Source: a virus
Lineage: Duplodnaviria; Caudoviricetes
Virus record (IMG/VR): IMGVR_UViG_3300028903_000004
Location: 59,437 to 123,436 of that record
Reading direction: 5' to 3' (one strand)
Length of the DNA stretch: 64,000 nt
This document shows positions 1 through 9,976 of the stretch, in pieces. Numbering within the stretch: position 1 is the first letter of the stretch; every line of letters begins with the position of its first letter. The position numbers and the translations under genes are program-made. The notes beneath the pieces were generated by a model. The model saw nothing but the letters and a program-made list of their open reading frames with translations, did no database searches and was not told the origin of the DNA.

Positions 1-165
1 ATTGAACAGCTTAGAGAACAATTAACTAGAGACCCACACAAATACCCTCTTCCTAAAATATGGTTAAATCCTGAAGTAAATAGTATTTTTAATTATAAAT
101 ATGAAGACATAAAAATATTAGATTACCAATCATATCCAACCATTAAGATGCCAATTGCTGTTTAA
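1..165 (+). CDS. thyA: Thymidylate synthase, C-terminal fragment (gene begins upstream of window)
   Basis: Frame 1 reads IEQLREQLTRDPHKYPLPKIWLNPEVNSIFNYKYEDIKILDYQSYPTIKMPIAV*, the typical ThyA C-terminus. Confidence 0.9.
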   Translation: MEQLREQLTRDPHKYPLPKIWLNPEVNSIFNYKYEDIKILDYQSYPTIKMPIAV

Positions 166-189
166 TCTTCATAATTTTATAAAAAAAAT

Positions 190-220
190 AAGCCCTTGGT
201 GTTGAATCAGGGCTTTTTTT
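190..220 (+). terminator. Rho-independent terminator after thyA
   Basis: AAGCCCT...AGGGCTT stem followed by T-run. Confidence 0.75.
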
Positions 221-233
221 ATTTATCGTCTGA

Positions 234-241
234 ATATTTAT
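234..241 (+). promoter_or_regulatory. Putative phage late promoter ATATTTAT (representative copy; about 22 copies listed in findings)
   Basis: Same octamer lies shortly upstream of most structural-gene starts, on the coding strand. Confidence 0.7.
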
Positions 242-258
242 ATTAAAAGTAATTTAGT

Positions 259-1035
259 ATGGCATCATTAAAAAACATCATAATTGAAGAGCTTAGAGGT
301 GTTTCCGAAATAGTAAAACCAGAAGAAGTAGATTTAAGTTCTTTTGTAATGCGAAATACATTAAACTCGAAAATATGGAAATCTGAAGATAAAATTGACC
401 CTAAAATTAGAAAACAATTATTGAAAATTGCTGATGATTTTGTTGAATTTTTAGATATTCCATGGGTTGAAGTTATAGATGTAACGTTAACTGGAAGTTT
501 AGCAAATTATAATTGGTCAGAATACTCAGATATTGATTTACATATTATTTTTAATTTTCAGGACATTAATGAAAATGAAGAACTGGTTAAAGATTTTTTA
601 GATTCAAAAAGAAAAATATGGAATGATACTCATAATATAACAATTTACGGTTTTGAGGTTGAAATTTATGCTCAAGATATAAATGAACCGCATACATCTA
701 CTGGTGTTTATTCGCTAGAATATAATAAATGGGTTATAAAACCAAATAAATTGAAGCCAAGATTTGATAAAATTTTAATCAAGAAAAAAGCATCTGAATT
801 AATGACCAAAATTGATGATATTATTGAAATGTATCATGAAGGTAAGTATGAAAGAGTTGTGAATGAATCTGAAAAATTATGGGAAAAAATAAAAAAAATG
901 CGTAAAGCGGGTCTTGAAAAAGAAGGTGAATTTTCATATGAAAATATTGTTTTTAAAGTATTAAGAAGAAGTGGTTATATTAATAAATTTATGAAAATTA
1001 AAGACCAAGCTTATGATATTTTAAATTCTATATGA
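259..1035 (+). CDS. Pol-beta superfamily nucleotidyltransferase
   Basis: GSLANYNWSEYSDIDLH (GS...DxD) plus a third acidic strand (FEVEIYAQD). Confidence 0.75.
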   Translation: MASLKNIIIEELRGVSEIVKPEEVDLSSFVMRNTLNSKIWKSEDKIDPKIRKQLLKIADDFVEFLDIPWVEVIDVTLTGSLANYNWSEYSDIDLHIIFNFQDINENEELVKDFLDSKRKIWNDTHNITIYGFEVEIYAQDINEPHTSTGVYSLEYNKWVIKPNKLKPRFDKILIKKKASELMTKIDDIIEMYHEGKYERVVNESEKLWEKIKKMRKAGLEKEGEFSYENIVFKVLRRSGYINKFMKIKDQAYDILNSI

Positions 1036-1074
1036 TATTTATTAATAAATAACAATTTAATTAAATAGAAATTT

Positions 1075-1422
1075 ATGTCACTTCATAACGAAGTTCCAAC
1101 AATAATACATTCAGCCGCTGATGCTGATTTTAGTAAATATACTTATTTTCAAGTTTTGGCTACTGCTAATACTAGTGCTGTAATTAATGGGACATACGTT
1201 TACATGAATGCAGGGCTTCTTATTACAATTTTAGTGAAAAGTATTTCAGGTAATGATGTTTATGTTTTGGGCTCACCAATTAATACGACAACAGGTGTAT
1301 CATATGCTGGAACTGAAGATATGCCTCAATTAGGTGGTAGTGCATTTTTAGAAGGAAATGATAGTTATTACTTAATTAATGTGGGAAAAGAACTGCCTAC
1401 TCCACCTCCGACTAAAATCTAA
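1075..1422 (+). CDS. Hypothetical protein (late-promoter driven)
   Basis: 115-aa ORF, ATATTTAT at 1035-1042. Confidence 0.6.
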   Translation: MSLHNEVPTIIHSAADADFSKYTYFQVLATANTSAVINGTYVYMNAGLLITILVKSISGNDVYVLGSPINTTTGVSYAGTEDMPQLGGSAFLEGNDSYYLINVGKELPTPPPTKI

Positions 1423-1488
1423 ATAATGTAATTTATTAAAATTACTACATATTTATAGACAAATAATTTTATTTTAAAAGAAATTGTA

Positions 1489-2268
1489 ATGAAAAAAGAT
1501 ATGATTAATCCTATAAGTCTTAAAGGGCAAGATAAATTAAATAGAATACATGAATTAATGGGGAAAATTAATCCCGTTATTAACGAAAATGTTTCTAATT
1601 CTGTATTAGAAATTTATCATAAAGGTGCAGATGGTAAAAATTATGGTATTGTTAGAGAAAATTATAAATATTACATTAAAATTGCAGAAGATAAAAATAA
1701 TTTAACTGTAAAAGATTTTCAATATATTGGTGGGCTTAAAAATAAAAATGATTATGTCTTTGAATCATATGCCAAAGCTGTTAAACATTTAAAACTTAAA
1801 TTAATGAGTTTAGATGAAGCTTATGGTATTGAACATGATTACGATAATAATGTATTGATGAAAGAAGGCGCATTTTCTTATGGTTTTAAAACTGAAGAAG
1901 AAACCAACGAAATGTTAGAAAATGAATATGTTGAAGAAGACGATTCAGATAAAATAGTTGACAAAGCTGACTATACAAAACATAAAAAAGAATCTGATAC
2001 AGATGATTTTGATGATACAATAAAGCTTAATGATGCTCAAAAGTCAAAAATAAAAGATAAACTTCAAAAAAAATTTGATTTAACTGAAGAAGAAGCTAAT
2101 TATCTTGTTGATGAAATTTTATCTTGCGAAACTTGTTATAATTCAGTTAAAGAAGGCTATGATGATGAAGAATATGGTGATGAGGATTATGAACGTGCAT
2201 CTAGAGAACAACAATATTATGGAAGAAGTCCTGAAGCTGGTGCTTTAGACGAAAAAAAAAAACTGTAA
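1489..2268 (+). CDS. Putative prohead core/internal protein; probably extended by -1 frameshift into 2262-3152
   Basis: Acidic, with I/L-x-E motifs; ends GAA AAA AAA AAA CTG TAA on an A11 run; late promoter at 1449. Confidence 0.65.
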   Translation: MKKDMINPISLKGQDKLNRIHELMGKINPVINENVSNSVLEIYHKGADGKNYGIVRENYKYYIKIAEDKNNLTVKDFQYIGGLKNKNDYVFESYAKAVKHLKLKLMSLDEAYGIEHDYDNNVLMKEGAFSYGFKTEEETNEMLENEYVEEDDSDKIVDKADYTKHKKESDTDDFDDTIKLNDAQKSKIKDKLQKKFDLTEEEANYLVDEILSCETCYNSVKEGYDDEEYGDEDYERASREQQYYGRSPEAGALDEKKKL

Positions 2269-3152
2269 GCGAAACTGAAATAGACGAAGTTAAATATAAA
2301 CTTAAAATAAAAGACCCAACATCAGAACCACCTCAAGAGCCAGCATTTTCTGATTCTAAAGGTGGTTCTGATTTTAACAATACTGATAATAATAGCAAAT
2401 CATTTGATAATAAATCAGACAATGAAATGGCTGATGATTCGGATAAGCCATTTAATGATAAACCATTCGATGCTGGAGTTGAAGTTTCAGAAGAAGATGA
2501 CCCTAAAAAGTTCATTCAGCAATTAACAGGAAAATTAGGTACTTCCTTAAGAAAATATAATAAAGAACAAGGTAATCCAGATTTTGAATTAGAAAAATTT
2601 GTAATTAATTCTATAATTTCTGCAACACATAGCGGTATTATGGATGAAGAAGACCAGAAAAAAATTATTAAGAAAGTTAAAACTGCTGGTAAAGATGATA
2701 ATAATGTAAGTGTCGATACAAACAATAATAAAGATGATAATGAAAATGACGATAAATCAAAACCAACAGATAACAAAAAAAATAAAAAAGAACCTGTAAA
2801 ATCATCTGATGAAGAAAATGATGAAAATACTGAAAATAGTGAAGATTGGTCGCCGACTGAAGAATCATATAAAAAAAATAATGAAAAGTTGAAAAATTCT
2901 AAAAAAAGTGGTATATTTGAAGATGAATTAAATAATATTATTATGAATAGAATTAATGAAACGTTTAATATTGATAATATGATTGAAGAAATATTAGGCA
3001 ATATAACCACAAATCCTCAAAAACCAGATGAAGAAACTATAAAAAAACCTAGGACTGATGAACCAGTAAAAAATCCAAGACCAAGACGTGAAAGAATTTG
3101 GAGACCAGAACCAGGTGAATCACCAAACCCAAAAGCTAGAAAAAATGGATAA
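2262..3152 (+). CDS. Acidic hypothetical head-associated protein; frame is open from the A11 run (first ATG 2427)
   Basis: -1 frame reads TVSETEIDEVKYKLKIKDP... with no stop into the 241-aa ORF. Confidence 0.6.
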   Translation, partial: TVSETEIDEVKYKLKIKDPTSEPPQEPAFSDSKGGSDFNNTDNNSKSFDNKSDNEMADDSDKPFNDKPFDAGVEVSEEDDPKKFIQQLTGKLGTSLRKYNKEQGNPDFELEKFVINSIISATHSGIMDEEDQKKIIKKVKTAGKDDNNVSVDTNNNKDDNENDDKSKPTDNKKNKKEPVKSSDEENDENTENSEDWSPTEESYKKNNEKLKNSKKSGIFEDELNNIIMNRINETFNIDNMIEEILGNITTNPQKPDEETIKKPRTDEPVKNPRPRRERIWRPEPGESPNPKARKNG

Positions 3153-3564
3153 AAAAAAATTATATTTAATTTTTATTAATGAAATAGGTAAGAATTGGAA
3201 AGGTGAATTTATATATGAATTCCTTTTTTCAAATTCTACCGAAGGAGTGGATGGTGAAGCATGGGATGAATACCCCGCATCAGGTAAACCAGAACCGCCG
3301 AGCCAACAATTCATTAAAGCGGTAGGTTTATTAACTTCTGAAATAAAATTTGATATTATTCAGAAGAGTGATACTTTTAGTGTTTGGGATGCAGTGGATG
3401 GAGTAATTGCATTGGCTTGGGAAAACATAGATGATTATGATGAATATCCAGAGTCTAGAATATTTTTTAAGTTTGGAGATACACTTGAAGATGTTGAAGA
3501 TAAACTTTATGAAAGGGATATAAGATTAATTCTAACAAAAGTTCAGGAACATGAAAAAATCTAA
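3145..3564 (+). CDS. Hypothetical protein (likely start MDKKKLYLIF)
   Basis: ATG at 3145 overlaps the upstream stop; globular-looking 139-aa ORF. Confidence 0.65.
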   Translation: MDKKKLYLIFINEIGKNWKGEFIYEFLFSNSTEGVDGEAWDEYPASGKPEPPSQQFIKAVGLLTSEIKFDIIQKSDTFSVWDAVDGVIALAWENIDDYDEYPESRIFFKFGDTLEDVEDKLYERDIRLILTKVQEHEKI

Positions 3565-4312
3565 AAATAAAATTAATGAATCGGAAATTTATATAACCGA
3601 TATTAAGGATATGCAAGTAGTTAAAAATAATATGAAACCTGATGATAAATTATATGTTATTGGGAATTCAGAAACGTCTAAAGTTAATGAAGAAAAAGAA
3701 ATTAATAATAATACCCTTATGATTGTTGAATATTATAAAGATATGGAAGGAGAAACTCCTTTTATAGTTAATGGTATTAAATGGATGTATGTATGGGGAA
3801 AATATCCTAATGGTAAAATTGATATAGCTGTTTATCGTTTTGACCATAATTTGACTTATGGTTATGATTGGTTTAAAAGTTTTATTTTAAATAAACAAAC
3901 TAATTTGTCACCAAAAAAAGAAATAGGTGAAGATATTAATTCACCGACTAGTACAACTAATAATAATCAAAATGGAATTACTCATAAATTTCAAAAGGAT
4001 GTTGATGATTTATTTCAAAAAATAGCAGATAATGGAAATATTAAATCTGCATTATCTAAAATCAGTACACCTGTTGAAAAGTATGAATCTATTGTTAGAT
4101 TCGCTGACTTAATTGGCGTACCTAATGATAAGTTAGGAATGTTAATAAATGACATTAAAAATATTTCTACTTCAAATTCAAATCAAACAGAGTCAGTAAA
4201 AGAAGAATCAATTAATTCAGGTAACATAAACAATTTAAATGAAAATAAAAATCCTAGAATGACTAAAGCCGCATTAGCAAATTATATCATAAAATTAAAT
4301 AAAAACGTTTAA
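3551..4312 (+). CDS. Hypothetical protein, possible head core protein
   Basis: 253-aa ORF with several INE/VNE/LNE motifs, in operon before terminase. Confidence 0.6.
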   Translation: MKKSKNKINESEIYITDIKDMQVVKNNMKPDDKLYVIGNSETSKVNEEKEINNNTLMIVEYYKDMEGETPFIVNGIKWMYVWGKYPNGKIDIAVYRFDHNLTYGYDWFKSFILNKQTNLSPKKEIGEDINSPTSTTNNNQNGITHKFQKDVDDLFQKIADNGNIKSALSKISTPVEKYESIVRFADLIGVPNDKLGMLINDIKNISTSNSNQTESVKEESINSGNINNLNENKNPRMTKAALANYIIKLNKNV

Positions 4313-4324
4313 AAATAGCATAAA

Positions 4325-5578
4325 ATGGAAAAAGAAGAAAAATATAAAAAACTTATTCAGGACATACTCAGTAAAACAAAAACTGATAAAGCCCTCAATG
4401 AGAGTCGTGTACGCTATGATGAAGCTCATTCAGAAAGAATGTTACCTAAATTAGAAAGGGATTTAAGAGAACGTAAACATTCTTTAGGTGACCATCCAAT
4501 TTTTCCTGAAAGTGATGAACTGCATTTTGAAGAAAAAATTATAGGTGAAAGATTCGGTGAAGTTATTCGTGAAGTAAAACGTTATTTTAATACGAATGAT
4601 ATTGATAACGTTAAAATCATGCAAGAAATGTATCCAATGATTAAAGAATGCATGAAAATTGAAGAGAAAAACAAAAAAGAGTTGGAAGAATTGGCTATTA
4701 AAATGATTCGCGATGAATATAATATACCAGAAGACATGGTTGAAATCGAAGCAGAATTGACGCCAAATATAAATATGGAAGGTACTAAATTAAATGCCAT
4801 TCCTATTAGAGTTGATGAAGTTGATTTTGATTCTCATGAAGATATTGCAAAAGCTAATTCTGAAGTTTATAAAAGAAGATTTATAAATGCGATGAATCAA
4901 GGTGCGGCCATGAAGACAAATCATATGTTTCATATGGTTGATGAAGATTTAACTAAAATTGACCCTACACTACCAACAAAATATGGAAAAATCATGTCAG
5001 CTGCTGATTATATGTATTATATTGTAGATAATATTGATAACAGTCCAGCTATAACTGGTGGTATTGTGAAACTTGAACTCCCTACTAACGAAGATGGAAT
5101 ACCTAAAATCAAAGCACAGGCGATGATATTTCCTGTATTAATACATGAATTAGTTAAAGGAGTGATGGAATTATTAGCTGCTCATGGTTTACCGAAAAAT
5201 CCTAAAATAAGAAATTATGTTTTAGGTAAAGCTGATTATTTAAAAGCTGAAACATGGGATATGCGATTAGGACCTGCATTATGGAGTAAATTAACTAAAC
5301 TAATACCACCTGAAGATTTTCATCTTAAACACTATTTATACGCTGATTTGTGTTCATTACCAGTAGAAAAATTCAATAGTGATATGCGTGAAATTATGGC
5401 TGGAACAAAGCTTGGTAAGGATATTGTTAATAAAATGTTAACCAAAATTAAAATCGATTTACAAAAAGAAGAATTTAATAGGGTTATGGATGAAAGACGA
5501 CAAGAATCCGAACGAAGCTCTAATATTATTGACAATACTGATGATTTAGAAGACTATTGGAACCAAATAGGATTTTAA
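4325..5578 (+). CDS. Hypothetical protein, head-gene region
   Basis: 417-aa ORF followed by terminator; IHELVKG motif. Confidence 0.7.
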   Translation: MEKEEKYKKLIQDILSKTKTDKALNESRVRYDEAHSERMLPKLERDLRERKHSLGDHPIFPESDELHFEEKIIGERFGEVIREVKRYFNTNDIDNVKIMQEMYPMIKECMKIEEKNKKELEELAIKMIRDEYNIPEDMVEIEAELTPNINMEGTKLNAIPIRVDEVDFDSHEDIAKANSEVYKRRFINAMNQGAAMKTNHMFHMVDEDLTKIDPTLPTKYGKIMSAADYMYYIVDNIDNSPAITGGIVKLELPTNEDGIPKIKAQAMIFPVLIHELVKGVMELLAAHGLPKNPKIRNYVLGKADYLKAETWDMRLGPALWSKLTKLIPPEDFHLKHYLYADLCSLPVEKFNSDMREIMAGTKLGKDIVNKMLTKIKIDLQKEEFNRVMDERRQESERSSNIIDNTDDLEDYWNQIGF

Positions 5579-5611
5579 AAATGCCTTGAATATCCAAGGC
5601 ATTTTTTTTTT
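5577..5611 (+). terminator. Rho-independent terminator
   Basis: AAAAATGCCTTG-loop-CAAGGCATTTTT with long T-run. Confidence 0.85.
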
Positions 5612-5785
5612 ATAATAATCAATTAATTTTATTTAATTTTTTAATGATTACTAGAAGCACAATGAATATTTAAATACTCTTAGACTGAAATACTTGAAAT
5701 AATAGCTAAATTATGGCTTAATATAGCTATAACCGTACAAAAAATAATATTTTATATAATCAGCATATTTATTATAAAACTAAAT

Positions 5786-7564
5786 ATGTTGACTAATAAT
5801 GAAATATTAGAAGAATTTGCAAAGGGTCTGGTTAATCCAATATATATTATTGAAAATTATTTAAAAACATTTGATAAAACTCAAGAAGGTTTTGTACCAT
5901 TTAAATTATTTCCCAGACAACGTGAAATAATTGAAAGTTACATGAACCACAGATTTTCTATCGTTGCAAAGCCTAGACAGGCTGGTGTGTCAACGACTAC
6001 GGCAGCATTTGCCGCCGTTAAAGTGGCTTGGGCTGACCCAGATAATCCCGAAAAAATATTAATTCTTGCCAATAAACAAGACATGGCACAAGAATTTTTA
6101 GCTAAAATTAAAGATTTTTTATCTCAATTACCAAGGTGGGTTTGGGGTTCAAATTATTATGGAACTGTAGAAAAAGAGAGTAAAGAAATTTTTTTAACTA
6201 ATTCTAAAAAGCATTTAGTTTTACCTAATGGTTCGCAAGTTAAAGCTCTTGCTACATCTAAAGATGCTCTTCGTGGTTATACACCTACATTCCTTATAAT
6301 GGACGAGGCAGCATTTATTGATAATGGTGCTGAAGTATTTGGTGCAGCCCTTACAGCACTTGGTACTGGTGGTAAAGCTACTTTAATTTCCACACCAAAT
6401 GGATATGATGAATTATATTGGAAAACATTTGATGGTGCCAGAAATAAAACCAACGATTTTCACATCGTTGAAATGCATTGGTATGAAGATTTAAGATATA
6501 ACAAAGATTTAGTATGGTTAAAATCAAGCCCGAATGGTGATGATATTATTCGCGAAGAAGAAAAAACTTTTACACTTGAATCTTTTAGGAAACGAATTGA
6601 TGAAGGATGGAAACCAACATCAAGTTGGTATGAAGAAATGTGTCGTGGTATGAATAATGACAAGCGAATGATTGCTCAAGAGCTTGATGTTTCATTTGTA
6701 GGTTCTGGTGGTAATGTAATTGATGAAGAATTTATTGAATTTCAGGAAAAAAATAATTGTATGGACCCAAAATGGGTTAGTGGTAAAAATAAGGAATTTT
6801 GGATTTGGGAACAACCGATTGAAGGTCATCAATATATCATGGGTGTTGATGTTGCCCGTGGTGATGGTGAAGATAGTTCAACTATTGTTATAGTGGATTT
6901 CACAACAATGGAACAAGTGATGGAATACAAAGGAAAGGTCCCGCCAGATTTGTTAGCACAGATAGTTGAAGAGTATGGGAATTTATATAATGCTTATACT
7001 GTGGTTGACGTTATTGGTGTAGGGGTTTCAACTATTTTAAAGTTATTAGAAGTTGGTTATAAGCGTTTGCATTATGATGAACCACGTAGCAACGTGCTTA
7101 AAAATCGTAGAGATTTGAATCAATACACTAAGAATGGTAAAATACCTGGCTTCAATGCGCAATCGGTTCGTTTACCTATGATTGCAAATCTTGAATATGC
7201 TATTAGAACAAATACCATTAAAGTTAGGTCAGTTAGAATGACCTCTGAAATGAGAACATTTGTTTATAAGAATGGGAAACCAGACCATATGCATGGATGT
7301 CATGATGATTTATTGATGTCATTGGCAATGTGTTTATGGGTATTGGAACAAAATTTTAAGAAATTGGAAAAATTGGAAAATCAAACAAAAGCCATGTTAA
7401 AAAGTTGGGTTTCTAGTAGCTCTTTAAATGAAAAAGAAAAAAGTGGATTTGTGCCAAAAGGTACTAAAGAGAGTACTGGACTACCAAATTTTACTCCAAG
7501 TATAGCTAAAAATATGCAAGACCCTAAAGGTGAATTTTTGTGGCTATTTAGTGGTATGCGTTAA
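5786..7564 (+). CDS. terL: Terminase large subunit (T4 gp17-like)
   Basis: KPRQAGVST deviant Walker A, LIMDEAAF Walker B, ISTPNG motif III, MGVDVARG RNase H nuclease, HDDLLMS. Confidence 0.95.
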   Translation: MLTNNEILEEFAKGLVNPIYIIENYLKTFDKTQEGFVPFKLFPRQREIIESYMNHRFSIVAKPRQAGVSTTTAAFAAVKVAWADPDNPEKILILANKQDMAQEFLAKIKDFLSQLPRWVWGSNYYGTVEKESKEIFLTNSKKHLVLPNGSQVKALATSKDALRGYTPTFLIMDEAAFIDNGAEVFGAALTALGTGGKATLISTPNGYDELYWKTFDGARNKTNDFHIVEMHWYEDLRYNKDLVWLKSSPNGDDIIREEEKTFTLESFRKRIDEGWKPTSSWYEEMCRGMNNDKRMIAQELDVSFVGSGGNVIDEEFIEFQEKNNCMDPKWVSGKNKEFWIWEQPIEGHQYIMGVDVARGDGEDSSTIVIVDFTTMEQVMEYKGKVPPDLLAQIVEEYGNLYNAYTVVDVIGVGVSTILKLLEVGYKRLHYDEPRSNVLKNRRDLNQYTKNGKIPGFNAQSVRLPMIANLEYAIRTNTIKVRSVRMTSEMRTFVYKNGKPDHMHGCHDDLLMSLAMCLWVLEQNFKKLEKLENQTKAMLKSWVSSSSLNEKEKSGFVPKGTKESTGLPNFTPSIAKNMQDPKGEFLWLFSGMR

Positions 7565-7585
7565 TATTTATTTAAAAACAAATTT

Positions 7586-7816
7586 ATGGGATTAAAAAAT
7601 AAAAATGTGTTTATTAGGAAAGTAAATCCTAAAATGGTTTATAGGTGGTCGCCTATGGATGCCAATCAAAAGGTAATTAAATCAAAAGGGAAAATCAAAG
7701 GTGAATCATGTACCGCTATTCCAAATTCTCAAGGTTATGACAATAAAACTGGTTATGTATATAAAATAATTAACGATAACCACAACGCGTACATGGAATG
7801 TGATTACGTTAAATAA
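7586..7816 (+). CDS. Small hypothetical protein
   Basis: 76-aa ORF with late promoter at 7564-7571. Confidence 0.6.
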   Translation: MGLKNKNVFIRKVNPKMVYRWSPMDANQKVIKSKGKIKGESCTAIPNSQGYDNKTGYVYKIINDNHNAYMECDYVK

Positions 7817-7865
7817 ACTTTATATTTTTAAAAAAATGATTATAATAAACTAAAAAAATCACTAT

Positions 7866-9935
7866 ATGGCTCAAAAACTAACAATATTTCAAGGATTAAC
7901 AAGATTATTTGGACCTGATGGTTATGATAAAAATAGACCACTGGATAGTAGTAATAAATATAATATTGGGAATGAGATTTTACTTAAAACCAAAGATAAA
8001 GCAGAATATGAAACAGCTAAATTACAAGCTCAGCAGGCAAAATATTTAGGGCAATTATGGCGTAAGGTTGATGGAGAAATGTTTCAACAATCAATTCATT
8101 ATGAAGTTACGAGAATTGGTTCGTATGCGGATTTTGAATCTATGGAATTTTATCCTGAAATCGGAGCTGCATTGGATATTTTTATGGAAGAATCTACGAC
8201 CGTAAATAATAAAGGTAAAATTCTTAACATTTATTCTGAAAGTAAACGTGTAAAACGTGTGTTAGAAGATTTATTTTTTAATAGATTAGATATTCACACA
8301 AATTTACCGATGTGGGCTCGTAATTTATGTAAATATGGCGATAATTTTGTTTACTTAAATACTGATGATAAAAACGGTATTATTGGTTGTAGACAGATGC
8401 CTAATTTTGAGATGGAGAGGAGAGAAGGTGATATTTTAAATTCAATGAACGCAAGTAGAGATGTCTTAACTAATGATAATCAAAGTAATTATAATAGAGT
8501 TAAATTTCATTGGAAAACTAAAAATATAGTATTTAACTCATGGCAAATAGCTCATTTTAGATTATTAGGTGATGATAGAAAGCTTCCGTATGGTACTTCG
8601 TTATTAGAGAAAGCTAGGAGAATTTGGAAACAATTATTGCTTTCTGAAGATGCTATGTTGATATATCGCGTAACTAGAGCACCTGAGCGTAGAATTTATA
8701 AAGTTTTTGTTGGTAATATTGATGATAAGGATGTTGAACCTTATATAAATGAGATTGCTAATCGTTTTAAACGTAAACCAGTTATAGACCCACAAACAGG
8801 ACAGATGGATTTACGTTATAATCAATTAGCACAAGACCAAGACTTATTTATTCCAGTTCGTGATGAAAACGCTGCAACCCCAATTGATACCTTACCAGGT
8901 GCAAGTAATCTTTCTGAGATTGCTGATATTCAATATTTGCAAAGGAAATTATTTACTGCTTTACGTGTTCCTAAAGCATTTTTAAATTATGAAGATGCTT
9001 ATGGAGACGGTAAAAATTTAGCTTTACAGGATATTAGATTTTCCAGAACCATTAATCGTATTCAACAGGCATTAATTATGGAATTAAATAAAATTGCTAT
9101 TATTCATTTATATATTCTAGGATTTACAGATGAATTAGATAATTTTATCATTACATTAAATAATCCATCTACTCAAGCTGAAATGCTTAAAATTGAATAT
9201 TTGCAATCTAAAATTACATTATATAATGAAGCTGTAAGAGATTCTGGTAATGGTTTTGCTGCTATGTCAATGACAAGAGCTAAACGTGATATTCTTGGAT
9301 GGTCTGATGAAGAAATTAAACAAGATTTACTTGAACAAAGAATGGAAAGAGCAGCTGCAGCTGAGCTTGAAAAAACCGCTAAGATTATTAAGCATACGGG
9401 TATTTTTGATAAAGTTGATAAAATTTATGGTGACCCTAACTATGACCCATATACTGATACTGAAGAAGGTGATATTGGTAGTACTAGTAAAAAAAGTGGG
9501 GGTAGTGGATTTGGTGGTGGATTTGGTGGCGGATTAGGTGGCGGATTAGGTTCTGAAATAGGCGGAGCTGGTGAAAAAGAACTAGAATTCGGCGGTGAGG
9601 AAGGTGAAGAAGCTGCTGGTGATGAAGAACCTGAAGCTGGATTAGATTTAGGTTCTGAAGAAGCAGTTTCACCTGAAGAAGCAACACCGACTAAAGAAAC
9701 TATTAAAAGAGCGGGAAAAATATTAACTGAAAAAAAACACATTTTAAGTAAAAAATTAGAATATCGTCAAAAAAAATATCAAGAAAATTTTCTTGATAAA
9801 TTAACAGGTTCATTAAATAAAGAAGACCATTTAAAGGATGAAATTACTAAGATTTATGATAAAAGTATAAAAATTAATGAAGGTATTAATAATATTATTG
9901 GTGATATTGATGAATTACTTAAAGGAAGTGATTAA
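7866..9935 (+). CDS. gp20: Portal protein (T4 gp20-like) with Gly/Glu-rich C-terminal extension
   Basis: EDAMLIYRVTRAPERRIYKVFVGN, IDTLPGASNL, DIQYLQRKLFTALRVP, DIRFSRTINRIQ. Confidence 0.95.
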   Translation: MAQKLTIFQGLTRLFGPDGYDKNRPLDSSNKYNIGNEILLKTKDKAEYETAKLQAQQAKYLGQLWRKVDGEMFQQSIHYEVTRIGSYADFESMEFYPEIGAALDIFMEESTTVNNKGKILNIYSESKRVKRVLEDLFFNRLDIHTNLPMWARNLCKYGDNFVYLNTDDKNGIIGCRQMPNFEMERREGDILNSMNASRDVLTNDNQSNYNRVKFHWKTKNIVFNSWQIAHFRLLGDDRKLPYGTSLLEKARRIWKQLLLSEDAMLIYRVTRAPERRIYKVFVGNIDDKDVEPYINEIANRFKRKPVIDPQTGQMDLRYNQLAQDQDLFIPVRDENAATPIDTLPGASNLSEIADIQYLQRKLFTALRVPKAFLNYEDAYGDGKNLALQDIRFSRTINRIQQALIMELNKIAIIHLYILGFTDELDNFIITLNNPSTQAEMLKIEYLQSKITLYNEAVRDSGNGFAAMSMTRAKRDILGWSDEEIKQDLLEQRMERAAAAELEKTAKIIKHTGIFDKVDKIYGDPNYDPYTDTEEGDIGSTSKKSGGSGFGGGFGGGLGGGLGSEIGGAGEKELEFGGEEGEEAAGDEEPEAGLDLGSEEAVSPEEATPTKETIKRAGKILTEKKHILSKKLEYRQKKYQENFLDKLTGSLNKEDHLKDEITKIYDKSIKINEGINNIIGDIDELLKGSD

Positions 9936-9976
9936 CTTTCTATAGAAATATTATATTTATTAGAAAAGATTTAGTT

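Noticed and set aside
5960-6000. Terminase Walker A lacking the canonical Lys (RQAGVST) as a sign of inactivation
   Set aside because: An upstream Lys (KPRQAG) fits the known deviant Walker A of terminases, and all other motifs are intact.
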